A stretch of DNA of 64,000 bases from a virus. A program made the translations under genes and the position numbers. The stretch lies in the IMG/VR virus record IMGVR_UViG_3300025141_000029, positions 32,001 through 96,000 of that record, one strand, 5' to 3'. The notes beneath the pieces are model-generated. The model had not been told where the DNA came from, did not search any database, and saw only the letters and a list, made by a program, of their open reading frames with translations. Shown here one piece after another: positions 39,221-48,652 of the stretch (within the stretch, counting starts at the first letter, position 1; every line of letters starts with the position of its first letter).

Positions 39221-40795
39221 TTATCCTTTCAGCAACCAAACATGATCAGCATAATTTTGTTTTTCATCATCTTTCTTAACATATTTATGGCCACGCATAC
39301 CTGGAACTGTAGTGTTGATAATTGTATCAGATTTTTTCATACAGTTTAAGAAAGCTTTTTTATATTCCATGTCCCTTTGATTTACCTCAAACGCAATATC
39401 TTTAACCCAACAACCAATCGCAAAAGCCATAACCAGGTCATCATTATATCCGCGCATTGCTTGCGGCTTGCTATTGTGCCAAATAAATGTCTTCATTTCA
39501 TTATAGGTTCTTATTGAATACATCGTAATTAGTTTATTTCTAATGAATTCTTCCAACTTGGCGATAACCAGGGGACGTGTTTTTGAAGTCATCGAAAATC
39601 CCATAACGGCATTGTTGGCTCTTTCGCCAATCAGAGGGTCAACATATTCATGACTAGATTTATATGAGTAAAATATATTTGGATAACTAAATTCTTGAAG
39701 TTTATCAAGAACTGTCCAGCCAACTGTGTTGTTTTCGACAACAACCATACAGTTGCCATATTCCTTTCCAACTTCATTTAACATATTGGCAAATAAATCT
39801 GGCGTCGCTTTTCCCTGATATTCTCCAACAATTTCCATCGTTTCAATTTTAAATATTAAAAATGTTGAATAATCTTTGCCGTCTCCGCGGGCCACATCTG
39901 CAGATAAAAGATACGTTGAATCTGGCTGATACTTCTCCCAAACCCAAAAATTACGATCAAAGCCAGTTTTATATTCTGGTTCTCGTAGGCCACCCTCAAT
40001 AATTTTCATATCATCTGCGTGAAAAACAGTTTCGCCAGACATATTAAAACTACATTCTAGCTCCTGTGCTATTTGACGTCGTGACATATTTTTGGTCTCA
40101 TTTTCAAACCAACCTTGATCACGATCTGGATGAACATCCCACTTTAAAGATGTCAAATAAAAATCATTATTTTCTTGTTCGGCATCAACACAAGTTTGGT
40201 GAAACCAGTTACCTACACCATTTGGTGTGGACAAGGCGATACAGCGTCCTCCAGTAGATAAAGTAGGATATAAGCCGGTCCACAATTCTCCAAGACCTTC
40301 AATATGTGCGGCCTCGTCAATTACAAGTAGCGATAATGCTTCTGAGCGGCCGGCGTCTGTTGATGTTGAGGTGGCTTTGATTTGTGAGCCGTTTGTTAAT
40401 TCGAAAGAAGTCCTATTGTCAATTGATATTTCAGAAATGCGAAGCCAATCTGGTAGATTTTTATGAATCGCTTTAACTTTTTTAACAAGATTTGAAGCAG
40501 TCTTAAACTGTGTCGCAATAACAAGAACGTTCTTTTCTTTATGGAAAAGCATTATCCAGGCAACGTAAGCAGCAGTGATTGTTGAAATGCCAAGCTGGCG
40601 CGCTTTTAAAATTACATTAAAGCGATAATCAGTAAAGTCTCTAACTAGTTGCGTCTGAAAATCATAAGTGTTAAAGGGTATTAAGCCGTGTTGTGGGTGT
40701 GATATCCTAGCATAACTATTAATAAAGTATACAGGATCTTTACCAGATTTTACAATTTCTTTTAAAATCTGGTCTCTGGTGGGTTTGTAGGGCAC
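39221..40795 (-). CDS. Terminase large subunit (T4 gp17-like)
   Basis: LKARQLGIST, Walker B LLVIDEAAHI, LSTPNG, nuclease SADVARGDGKDYS and DDLVMA. Confidence 0.95.
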   Translation of the reverse strand: MPYKPTRDQILKEIVKSGKDPVYFINSYARISHPQHGLIPFNTYDFQTQLVRDFTDYRFNVILKARQLGISTITAAYVAWIMLFHKEKNVLVIATQFKTASNLVKKVKAIHKNLPDWLRISEISIDNRTSFELTNGSQIKATSTSTDAGRSEALSLLVIDEAAHIEGLGELWTGLYPTLSTGGRCIALSTPNGVGNWFHQTCVDAEQENNDFYLTSLKWDVHPDRDQGWFENETKNMSRRQIAQELECSFNMSGETVFHADDMKIIEGGLREPEYKTGFDRNFWVWEKYQPDSTYLLSADVARGDGKDYSTFLIFKIETMEIVGEYQGKATPDLFANMLNEVGKEYGNCMVVVENNTVGWTVLDKLQEFSYPNIFYSYKSSHEYVDPLIGERANNAVMGFSMTSKTRPLVIAKLEEFIRNKLITMYSIRTYNEMKTFIWHNSKPQAMRGYNDDLVMAFAIGCWVKDIAFEVNQRDMEYKKAFLNCMKKSDTIINTTVPGMRGHKYVKKDDEKQNYADHVWLLKG

Positions 40796-41289
40796 TATCC
40801 TTTGCCAAGGAATTTTTTAAACTTTGTATCTAGTGTATTCTCGCTCGGCTCAAGACGATCAGTAATGTCTTTCAAATTTCCAATTTTAAAAACTTTATTC
40901 GCTGTAACAAAAACTCGAACGCGGCTTGTTGACTGTACCATAGCATCAGCTTCACCTTCGGCAGTTAGAGAAATAGTTTTTCCAGTAATTTGTTTATATC
41001 TTTTACGAAGATACTTCGCAATATCTTTAAATGTTGATTCAATATCGTTTTCAAAATTTGTAGCATATACATCTTTGAGACGACAATCGGATTGATATGT
41101 TACAAGCAGCTTGGTTCCATCGATACGACACTTAAAACCATCCATTACTCTTGAATCTAGAACGGGATGGCCCTCTTCTCTTTTCAGGCCGACCTTAACT
41201 GGCTCACCTTTATCATCTAGCGCACCATCATATGAATCTGCAGCTGCCTGCATCAATCCTTTTACAACATCTAAATCTAATTGTGACAT
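40795..41289 (-). CDS. Hypothetical protein coupled to terminase
   Basis: 164-aa ORF with overlapping stop/start. Confidence 0.7.
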   Translation of the reverse strand: MSQLDLDVVKGLMQAAADSYDGALDDKGEPVKVGLKREEGHPVLDSRVMDGFKCRIDGTKLLVTYQSDCRLKDVYATNFENDIESTFKDIAKYLRKRYKQITGKTISLTAEGEADAMVQSTSRVRVFVTANKVFKIGNLKDITDRLEPSENTLDTKFKKFLGKG

Positions 41290-41672
41290 TTATTTTCTCC
41301 TGGTCTCCAGCCTTTCAGCCATCGGTCTTCGCGGCCTTCGACGTAATTTATAAAACATCTTTGGCAACATTCAAATTTATTATAATATATATCGTCTTTA
41401 ACTGTTTTTAGTCTTTTTATACAAACTGGGCAAACTAAAATGCTAATTTCTCTAGTAAGTAGTTTTTTGTTAACTAAAAATCCATCAACCTCAACCTTCT
41501 CTTGTTGCTCTTCGAGCACACATTGAGACGCATCCAGTTCTTTTAGTTGCTCAAGGTACTCTTTTTCTTTGTCTTTGGACCAATTTGAATTTGGATTTAT
41601 AGTTGCGTCTTCGCCATATTTTTGATTAATGGCTTTTTCAATTTTTGCTATGTGGTTCCAATCTTTGTCCAT
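41277..41672 (-). CDS. Hypothetical protein with CxxC...CCxxC zinc-finger-like motif
   Basis: CPVC and CCQRC; ACTAATTA upstream. Confidence 0.65.
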   Translation of the reverse strand: MDKDWNHIAKIEKAINQKYGEDATINPNSNWSKDKEKEYLEQLKELDASQCVLEEQQEKVEVDGFLVNKKLLTREISILVCPVCIKRLKTVKDDIYYNKFECCQRCFINYVEGREDRWLKGWRPGENKCHN

Positions 41673-41750
41673 ATAGTAATTAGTTCAAAAAGCACGAGGG
41701 CTCGGTTGAACCTATACTTTATAACATTAATTATAAAATGTTAAGTTTAA

Positions 41751-42539
41751 TCAACTTGTATCTCCCAGAGGGATCCACTTATAAGTACTCCCACCAGTTT
41801 GAACACTATATAATATGATCCCCGTGGCGTTTGTAAAAGTTTTTGTTACACTGCCAGCTGGATTATTAAAAATTAGTTTAGGGTCGCCGCTAGAACTTTT
41901 GAGACCGAGAACAACCTTAAGTTGACCATGTAGAGATGAGTCAGCTAAAGTGCAAATATTATCTACACTAGCTGTACAATGAATAATACTAGTGGGAGTC
42001 GTTGTGGGTACTGCGGAACCAGATATCGTTAACGCAGTTCCGTCACCACCCAGAATCACTTTCCTGTACATTCCAAAACCATCATTGGTTGAGTCAACTT
42101 TAGCTGCAACGTTTGCGCCGGCTGTTAAAAATCGAAGATCAGCGCCAGCTATTTGAGCACCCAATTGAGGTCCAGTGGATCCAGATGCAATGGATAATAG
42201 ATCAACATTATCTTTCTGAAAGACAACAGATCCACCAGAGGCATCAAGAGAAATATTCGCCGATGAATCAACTCTAACGCCACTACCAGAAATAGTTATG
42301 CCGGTGCCTGTGGCGACATCCATACGATTAGTGCTGCCTGTGCCAAAAGTAATATATTTATCGGCTGGTATTCGTATACCCGAAGAAGCAGTTATATATG
42401 AACTAACGCCCAATGTGGAAAAAACAGTGGATCCAGAAACTTCTAGAGATCCTGAAATACTTATGGTAGTGTGAGCTGTTATCGAGCCGGTCGTGCTTCC
42501 AGTGGCTGGGTGTAGATTATTTACGTAAAGATTACTCAT
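41751..42539 (-). CDS. Ser/Gly/Thr-rich fibre or decoration-like virion protein
   Basis: Beta-rich with many SGS/TGS triplets. Confidence 0.55.
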   Translation of the reverse strand: MSNLYVNNLHPATGSTTGSITAHTTISISGSLEVSGSTVFSTLGVSSYITASSGIRIPADKYITFGTGSTNRMDVATGTGITISGSGVRVDSSANISLDASGGSVVFQKDNVDLLSIASGSTGPQLGAQIAGADLRFLTAGANVAAKVDSTNDGFGMYRKVILGGDGTALTISGSAVPTTTPTSIIHCTASVDNICTLADSSLHGQLKVVLGLKSSSGDPKLIFNNPAGSVTKTFTNATGIILYSVQTGGSTYKWIPLGDTS

Positions 42540-42565
42540 GATTTATTTTCCTATATTAAATATAT

Positions 42566-42820
42566 TTACGCATCAGAAAAGTCTTTAATTTTTAAATTAC
42601 TGCCTGCTGAGATAGTAAATGATGCACCCTCTGAAATTGTTATCGGTCCATATAAAACAGCATTAATATTTTCAGGAATAACCGTAGTCGTATCTATAGT
42701 TGATCGATTGCCAAAACCAGCAGAAGACACAAAACCGGGCAGATCTTGGGCGATAGTCTCGGCTGCTCTTCTTAATTTTGCCGGTGTCCACGTGGCTATT
42801 GTCCCTCTTGACGTTGCCAC
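42566..42820 (-). CDS. Small virion-associated protein (GTG start at 42820)
   Basis: TAGTG stop/start overlap with a GGAGG SD. The C-terminal NAVLYGPITI...FTI..GS.L.I is a fibre-type module. The ORF track's longer start is unlikely. Confidence 0.6.
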   Translation of the reverse strand: MATSRGTIATWTPAKLRRAAETIAQDLPGFVSSAGFGNRSTIDTTTVIPENINAVLYGPITISEGASFTISAGSNLKIKDFSDA

Positions 42821-43284
42821 TAATTTTGTACCTCCACTGCTGCGTAGAAAATACCAATTGATAATACAATGCCCGCAATAATACCACCAGCAAACCACCA
42901 GTGAGAATGATCGTCTATCTCATCTTTAATAATTTCATTTAATTGATTGATTTCTTTTTCTTTCTGGACCAATAATTGATTATGCATATTTTTTAAAGAA
43001 TCATGTTGTACTCGTAGGAGATCAATTGCTAATTGTTTATTCGCCAGTTGAACCTCAAAATCTTTTTTTATTTTTAATTCAAGCTCTATGCCACAATATC
43101 TACTTTTTGCTATAAACTTTGCGCCGGCTATTGAATCCAAGAGAATGCCAGAAAATGGTGCTGGCTCATCAACAGAAATTGATGTTATGTTGCCTTCTTG
43201 ATTTTCTAGTTCTTGAGCTGTGGCACTTGTCGTTACACAAAGAAAACAAATAATTAAAAAAATTGTAAATATTTTTTTAAACAT
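42820..43284 (-). CDS. Exported coiled-coil protein with C-terminal TM (spanin-like candidate)
   Basis: Signal peptide ending ATA|QE, a coiled coil, and C-terminal WWFAGGIIAGIVLSIGIF. Confidence 0.45.
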   Translation of the reverse strand: MFKKIFTIFLIICFLCVTTSATAQELENQEGNITSISVDEPAPFSGILLDSIAGAKFIAKSRYCGIELELKIKKDFEVQLANKQLAIDLLRVQHDSLKNMHNQLLVQKEKEINQLNEIIKDEIDDHSHWWFAGGIIAGIVLSIGIFYAAVEVQN

Positions 43285-43699
43285 TATTGGCCCCTAAAAT
43301 ATCAGCAATCTCCTTTGCCATTTTATCAGGATTATTATCAAATTTTTTGACAATAGCTTCAACTTCTTTTTTTTCTTTTTTTGGCAATTCTTTCATCTTG
43401 GTGTTAAAATCATTTTCAATTTTTACAAGATTTTCTTGATGACGCTCTATAGCATCTAGTGTTTTTTGTCTTTCCTCGGCATTATTTTTGTTAATGATTT
43501 CAATTTCTTTTTTATAGTTTTCTCTAGACTGCATCATAATATCAAAATATTTATTTTTGACACCCTTGCCAATAAAAATACAGGCTAACACCAGCACCAA
43601 AATTACTGGAATATACCAGTGATGCTTAATCCAGATCCAAACTTTTTTCCACATTAACACTTTGTTTTCATCCATGCTTCCATTTAGCAGCCAGATCAA
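43277..43699 (-). CDS. N-terminal TM plus coiled-coil protein (inner-membrane spanin-like candidate)
   Basis: WYIPVILVLVLACIFI followed by a long charged helix; overlaps both neighbours. Confidence 0.45.
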   Translation of the reverse strand: MIWLLNGSMDENKVLMWKKVWIWIKHHWYIPVILVLVLACIFIGKGVKNKYFDIMMQSRENYKKEIEIINKNNAEERQKTLDAIERHQENLVKIENDFNTKMKELPKKEKKEVEAIVKKFDNNPDKMAKEIADILGANNV

Positions 43700-43874
43700 C
43701 TAAAGCTTGTGAGCCGACATACATCAACGTAACAGCAACCCAATCATCGCTTGTTACGCCGCCGGCCAAAACCAAATATGTGGCCGTTACCCATGCCAAA
43801 AATTTACGTGAAATGAATCTCTCAATATTTTTATCTAACCATGCTTTTGCTCGTCTCATTATTAAAGTCTCCAT
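43668..43874 (-). CDS. Holin-like two-TM protein (likely start MRRAK at 43859)
   Basis: SRKFL followed by two TM segments; ACTATTTA and GGAG SD upstream. Confidence 0.5.
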   Translation of the reverse strand: METLIMRRAKAWLDKNIERFISRKFLAWVTATYLVLAGGVTSDDWVAVTLMYVGSQALVDLAAKWKHG

Positions 43875-43898
43875 TGATAAATAGTATTCCGAAAAGAC

Positions 43899-46800
43899 TT
43901 ATTGATTTACTGAAGCAAAACCTTTTCTTTTCTCAATTATAATTTGTGTATCAACCGTATCTTTCAAAGAATCTAAGTGAGAAATAAGAAGCACAGTCTT
44001 GAATTGAGTTTTAATCATATCTAAAATTCTAATGAAACCTTCCATATTTTCTTCGTCTAAAGTTGTACCCGGCTCGTCCAAAACAAAAATATCACCTTTT
44101 GGTAAAGTTGATACATTTAAAAGTGCAAGACGAATGGCCATGGCCGCAATTGTTTTTTCTGCGCCAGAGCCCATTTCAATTGGGCGTGGATCGTGGCCGG
44201 GATGTTTAATTAAGATGTCAAGTTTTTTATCTTCATTTTCAAAAAAAACTTCAAAGTCAACAATATTGGCAATAACCTTTGAAATTTCAGCATTAATCAG
44301 CGGCAAGCGCTTTTTAATAATATCGTAAGAAATTCCATTAGCATGCATACAGTTCATAAACAAATCGTAAGCAGAAAAATTATTACATAATGTTGTATAA
44401 TCTTCTTTATCCCGCTTAATCTTTTCAACTCGTTCTTCTAGCGTTCCATCTTCTTTATATAAATTAAGAATAAGTTTTTGACAACGATCATATTGTTTGC
44501 TTAATTTGGTAACTTCTTCATCAACTTCTTCTTCAGAGATTTGTAAAGTTTCCAAGTTTTCAATAAGTTTCTTGTTTTGATCATAATATTCCCTTTGTTT
44601 CTCAAGTTCTATTAAGTATGTTTTAATTTTAAAAGACTCGTTTTTATTTTTTTCAACTTCAACATTCAACAATTGTAGATCAACTTTTGATTCAGATAAT
44701 TTATGCTGAAAAGATCCATAATCCTCTAATATTTTTTTATTTTCTTCTGGTTTTAAAGCATTTAATTCTGCCTGTGTATTGTTTTTTATAATAGAAAGCT
44801 CCTCCAGTGAAACGCCAGATGAACTTATTAAACGTTTTGATTTGTGGGCATCTTCAATAAACCTACAAGTTGGAAACTTATTACCACAAGGAACTTCATC
44901 CAATAAATCAATTTTCTTCTTCTGTCTTTCTATCTTCTCTTGTAGTCTCTGTATGTCACTTTCCAAATCTTTAATTTTTTCAACCCTTTGCTCAATCTCT
45001 TTTTGTTTTTCTTTAATTTCGTCAGCTGGGCATTCTTCCAAGAACTCTTCTATTTCAAGAACATGCTTTTCCTTTATATCAATTTGAGCTAAAAAGTTAA
45101 CTTGACTATGTTCATACTCTTTCAGCAATCTTGTTCGTTCCTCAATATTCGATATCAAATCTTTGATATCAATTATATCGTCAGGAATCTCTTTTAACTT
45201 TAGAGAAATTTCTTGTAGCTCATTTTGTTTTTCAGTTAAACTCTCTTTCAAAACAACACATTCAAGATCTTTTTGTTCTCGTTTAATGTTATTTTTATTA
45301 AAGATTTTTTCTGCTTCTTTTATTTCTTTATCAAATTCACGATCGTCGTCTCGGCGAATCAAAACTTTCATATCTCCAGCCTCGTCTTTCGCCATTTTGA
45401 ACTTGTGTTCAAAGACTTCAAGATCCAAAAATTTGGCGAGAATTTCTTTGCGGCGGGTCGAACCTTCACCGATATACGAAAGCGAGCCGAGCTGTGATGC
45501 CATTGAAGTTAAAAGAAAATCTTCAAGACTGCCAAAGATTTTTTTAATATTCTTGTCGGTCTCAATTCTTGAAGTACCATTCAGGCTTTTTTCTTCTTCT
45601 AAGGCATTATCGTAAACGCTGAACTCTAAATCAGTTTTTGCCTCTTGCGTTACGTTGCCTCGAAGCTTTTTAATATATTTTGTGCTAACTCTTTCAATTT
45701 TATAAGTTTTTGTTCCAATACCGATTTCAACGTAACCTCGACAATAATCTTTATTTTGATTAATGACATTGAGGTTTTTACGATTATTCTTTGATGTTGT
45801 ATTAAAGAGTGTGTAAAGTAATGAATCGACAATGCTGGATTTTCCAGAAAAGTTCTTTCCAAAAATCCCAACAATGCCGTTTAAATTTTCAAAATTAATA
45901 GAGTTTTTTTCACCATAGTTGAATAGATTATCCCATTCTATTTTCTTGAGTCGCCAGTTGATATTCCGCGAGATTTCTTCCTCTTCCTCGACTCTTGTTT
46001 TATAAATGCGATTAAGATTGAGTATCTTTTGAGTCGTTTCGGTATCGACTTGATACTCTTGTAAATATTCTTCAATTAATTCCTCCTGAACATTGATGTC
46101 GCGCAAATCTTCTTTTACTAATGAATTGGTCAAATCCTCGATATTAATTCGATCACCTTGCGCACGATTTAAATATGTAATAGCCTCTGGTTTGAAGCGC
46201 GTTTTTGCAACATCAATTGCGCGACGAATTATGTCCAACGGCAAATGATTTTCAGATACGAGACGGAGGCGCGCCCCTTTTTGAACTTTAACTTTCTTTG
46301 AAATTCTTCCGCGAGGCGTCAATTGAATTGTAATAAAAGGTTTTGGATTTTTTAAAACAAAATGCTCACAAGTAAAGTTCTCTTTATCTTTAATATCCCA
46401 AATCAAATATCCTTTGTCGCTTGTTTCTCCGTGATTCTGTTGGATCGTCGAGCCAGGATAACGTATCTTTCCTTCTTTGTCCAAGATTTGATTGGTTTTG
46501 TGTATGTCCCCAAGAAAACCATAGTCAAAATTATTAAAAATGCCAAGATCATTTTCCCCCCTTTCCATTGTCCACCCCAAGTCTGTTTGACAATTTGAGA
46601 TTGATCCATGATATAAAGCAATGTTTATACGATTTGAATCAGACGGATCCTGCCAATTGTCTTCATCAAATACAGACAACACATTCAGCGAGAAATTATC
46701 CCTTAAAGGCATCTCTCCCGAATTTCGTAGTAGGTATAGGCTCTGATGTTGTAATGCGTTTACGATAGGAGTAAGAGCGTCCTGGCGGCTTGAGTTCCGT

Positions 46801-47051
46801 AGGTTGCCATCGTGATTACCGAGAATAACATATGTTGGTGCTATATCTGCTAGATTCTTGAGGAAATCAGAACACATTTGAACATACTCGGGACTAATTT
46901 GAGTCTTCGTATGTGCGATATCCCCACAGTGAATTATATAATCTGGCTTCTGTTCTCGAAGGCTTTTATATAATTGGCTAAAAACCTCTCTATATTCTTT
47001 ATGATATTTTAAATTTCGGATATGAGTATCCGATATGTGCGCAAAACGCAT
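43899..47051 (-). CDS. Fused SbcD-SbcC / Mre11-Rad50 (T4 gp47-gp46) nuclease-ATPase
   Basis: Phosphoesterase motifs DTH, GDIAH, GNHD and GDIH. Walker A GKNFSGKSS, coiled coil with CGNKFPTC hook, signature GSGAEK, Walker B VLDEP and H-loop ISH. Confidence 0.92.
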   Translation of the reverse strand: MRFAHISDTHIRNLKYHKEYREVFSQLYKSLREQKPDYIIHCGDIAHTKTQISPEYVQMCSDFLKNLADIAPTYVILGNHDGNLRNSSRQDALTPIVNALQHQSLYLLRNSGEMPLRDNFSLNVLSVFDEDNWQDPSDSNRINIALYHGSISNCQTDLGWTMERGENDLGIFNNFDYGFLGDIHKTNQILDKEGKIRYPGSTIQQNHGETSDKGYLIWDIKDKENFTCEHFVLKNPKPFITIQLTPRGRISKKVKVQKGARLRLVSENHLPLDIIRRAIDVAKTRFKPEAITYLNRAQGDRINIEDLTNSLVKEDLRDINVQEELIEEYLQEYQVDTETTQKILNLNRIYKTRVEEEEEISRNINWRLKKIEWDNLFNYGEKNSINFENLNGIVGIFGKNFSGKSSIVDSLLYTLFNTTSKNNRKNLNVINQNKDYCRGYVEIGIGTKTYKIERVSTKYIKKLRGNVTQEAKTDLEFSVYDNALEEEKSLNGTSRIETDKNIKKIFGSLEDFLLTSMASQLGSLSYIGEGSTRRKEILAKFLDLEVFEHKFKMAKDEAGDMKVLIRRDDDREFDKEIKEAEKIFNKNNIKREQKDLECVVLKESLTEKQNELQEISLKLKEIPDDIIDIKDLISNIEERTRLLKEYEHSQVNFLAQIDIKEKHVLEIEEFLEECPADEIKEKQKEIEQRVEKIKDLESDIQRLQEKIERQKKKIDLLDEVPCGNKFPTCRFIEDAHKSKRLISSSGVSLEELSIIKNNTQAELNALKPEENKKILEDYGSFQHKLSESKVDLQLLNVEVEKNKNESFKIKTYLIELEKQREYYDQNKKLIENLETLQISEEEVDEEVTKLSKQYDRCQKLILNLYKEDGTLEERVEKIKRDKEDYTTLCNNFSAYDLFMNCMHANGISYDIIKKRLPLINAEISKVIANIVDFEVFFENEDKKLDILIKHPGHDPRPIEMGSGAEKTIAAMAIRLALLNVSTLPKGDIFVLDEPGTTLDEENMEGFIRILDMIKTQFKTVLLISHLDSLKDTVDTQIIIEKRKGFASVNQ

Positions 47052-47074
47052 ATAAACTCCACTTATACAAATCT

Positions 47075-47103
47075 ATTATACTAACGCTTATCGTCTTTGT
47101 CAA
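47075..47103 (-). promoter_or_regulatory. Perfect sigma70 consensus promoter TTGACA-N17-TATAAT for sbcDC
   Basis: Minus strand reads TTGACAaagacgataagcgttagTATAAT. Confidence 0.88.
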
Positions 47104-47581
47104 GGGAATTCGATCGCGATATAATGAACGGATGGCTCGGTTTTCTATCTTGATATTTAACTCGCGTGCCGACGACTCGATCAACCCACTCTGTTGTAAT
47201 TCCCCAATTGGCATCTTGATCTTTTCCCATATGATGATCGTGGTGCCAGGGTACTTTTTTCTTTGCCCATTCTGGATCTAAATGAGATTTCTTATGAACA
47301 TAATAGTATCTAAAAGCACCTGCTAAAACTCCAACATAAAATACAGCTGATACAAAGAGGATAGGTAAGTGTAATATTATTAAAAATATCAAACCACTTT
47401 TCTCTCTGCTCGTTGATTCGTTCCACCCTTTCTTCTTGTAATCATCATCATAGAAATCATTTTGTCTAGATTTTTTATGATGTATGTGCCGGCGCGAAGA
47501 CCAGCTGCTTTTTTTATTTTTACCTAAACCATGTAAAATATATCTATGTAAAATCCATTCTAATAAATTAGTGTACAACAA
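47081..47581 (-). CDS. Fatty acid hydroxylase / sterol desaturase superfamily membrane protein
   Basis: His boxes EWILHRYILH, HIHH, YVHKKSH and WHHDHH, then NWG, with a TM segment between. The start codon is uncertain. Confidence 0.75.
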   Translation of the reverse strand: MLYTNLLEWILHRYILHGLGKNKKSSWSSRRHIHHKKSRQNDFYDDDYKKKGWNESTSREKSGLIFLIILHLPILFVSAVFYVGVLAGAFRYYYVHKKSHLDPEWAKKKVPWHHDHHMGKDQDANWGITTEWVDRVVGTRVKYQDRKPSHPFIISRSNSLDKDDKR

Positions 47582-47630
47582 GCCTAAAGCAAATGTTGAC
47601 GCATAAAAGATTAATTCTACTACTATCCCA

Positions 47631-47876
47631 TTACGTTGTTAAATCCTCAAAAATTTTATTCATCTCTTGTTGTAGAGTTTTTGCTAACTCTTTATCATCA
47701 TTATTGATAGCTTCAAAATAATATTCACCTAATTTTTCAAAACGTTCTTTCAAAAGTTTTTTTAAATTTGGATTATTATTTTCAATCAAAACAGTACGAT
47801 TTGCTTCTTCTAAAATATGATATCGCTGAATTTCTTCATTAATAATTTGATTTAATTTTTGTTTAGTAATCTTCAT
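47631..47876 (-). CDS. Leader-family protein 4 (MKITKQKLNQIINEE)
   Basis: Shared leader; AGGAG SD. Confidence 0.8.
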   Translation of the reverse strand: MKITKQKLNQIINEEIQRYHILEEANRTVLIENNNPNLKKLLKERFEKLGEYYFEAINNDDKELAKTLQQEMNKIFEDLTT

Positions 47877-47885
47877 ATTATTCTC

Positions 47886-48308
47886 CTATTCATCAAAAGC
47901 TGTCATCGCTTGACCAATTTCTGTCATAAGAACACCAGGCTGAAGCAAAAATTTAAGCTGCTCAATTACAAGTTTTGTAGCAGGATTATCTGATGGTGAA
48001 GTCATAGTTTGAAGTTCTTCTCCAGCGGCTATAAACATCTTTCTGGCCTCGTCTCTGCCCATATCATCAGCCAATTTATATGCATCACTAACCAAAGAGG
48101 CCATCGAAGAGCTTAAAACCTCGGAACCTTGCTGAACTCTATTTCGATGAGTTTCCTCTTCAGCAGTGGGGCCTTCATATTCTGGGCGTCCCTTCTTCCA
48201 ATCTGTACCTGGACTGTGATGCGGATCTAGAGACATCCGCTCGCCTTCTTTAACCAATGCTAGCTCTTCTTTAATAATTTGTTTTAATTGTGATTTTGTA
48301 ATTTTCAT
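47886..48308 (-). CDS. Leader-family protein 3 (MKITKSQLKQIIKEE)
   Basis: Shared leader; AAGGAG SD. Confidence 0.8.
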   Translation of the reverse strand: MKITKSQLKQIIKEELALVKEGERMSLDPHHSPGTDWKKGRPEYEGPTAEEETHRNRVQQGSEVLSSSMASLVSDAYKLADDMGRDEARKMFIAAGEELQTMTSPSDNPATKLVIEQLKFLLQPGVLMTEIGQAMTAFDE

Positions 48309-48322
48309 GGCATATGTCTCCT

Positions 48323-48652
48323 TTATGCGCCTAAATCTGCGGATGCATCATGATGCTGCTCTTCTAGTTCATCAGCCATATCACGAAGTGCCTCTGCTCG
48401 ATCCAGATCAGAACGCGTTGAACGGCCGATTAGTTGATCGATAAGTTTTATTTTACCCGATCGAATGAAGTCGTCATGTGAGCTTCGCGCCCGACTTCTA
48501 GAATCATCAACAACTTTGTCCAAAGGATCGGGTGGCCCACCTTTTCCTTGGCGGTGGTGAAAAGCATCTGATGATATATCTTTGACCCATTCTTCAGTCA
48601 TACTTAACTCTTCTTTAATAATTTGTCTTAATTGTTCTTTTGTAATTTTCAT
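48323..48652 (-). CDS. Leader-family protein 2 (MKITKEQLRQIIKEE; start revised to 48652)
   Basis: ATGA overlap with the upstream stop; shared leader. Confidence 0.8.
   Translation of the reverse strand: MKITKEQLRQIIKEELSMTEEWVKDISSDAFHHRQGKGGPPDPLDKVVDDSRSRARSSHDDFIRSGKIKLIDQLIGRSTRSDLDRAEALRDMADELEEQHHDASADLGA

Noticed and set aside
2269-40795. Inteins, introns or homing endonucleases in RNR, helicase, RecA or terminase
   Set aside because: Lengths are normal and motifs are contiguous. No splice-junction, LAGLIDADG or HNH motifs were seen.
40795-41289. Terminase small subunit call based on position
   Set aside because: No recognisable gp16 features, so it is left as hypothetical.
41673-41750. 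Possible structured ncRNA (GGUUCAA/UUGAACU stem) in the intergenic gap
   Set aside because: The stem is short and weak with an unstable inner hairpin, and it overlaps a promoter-like motif. Support is insufficient.
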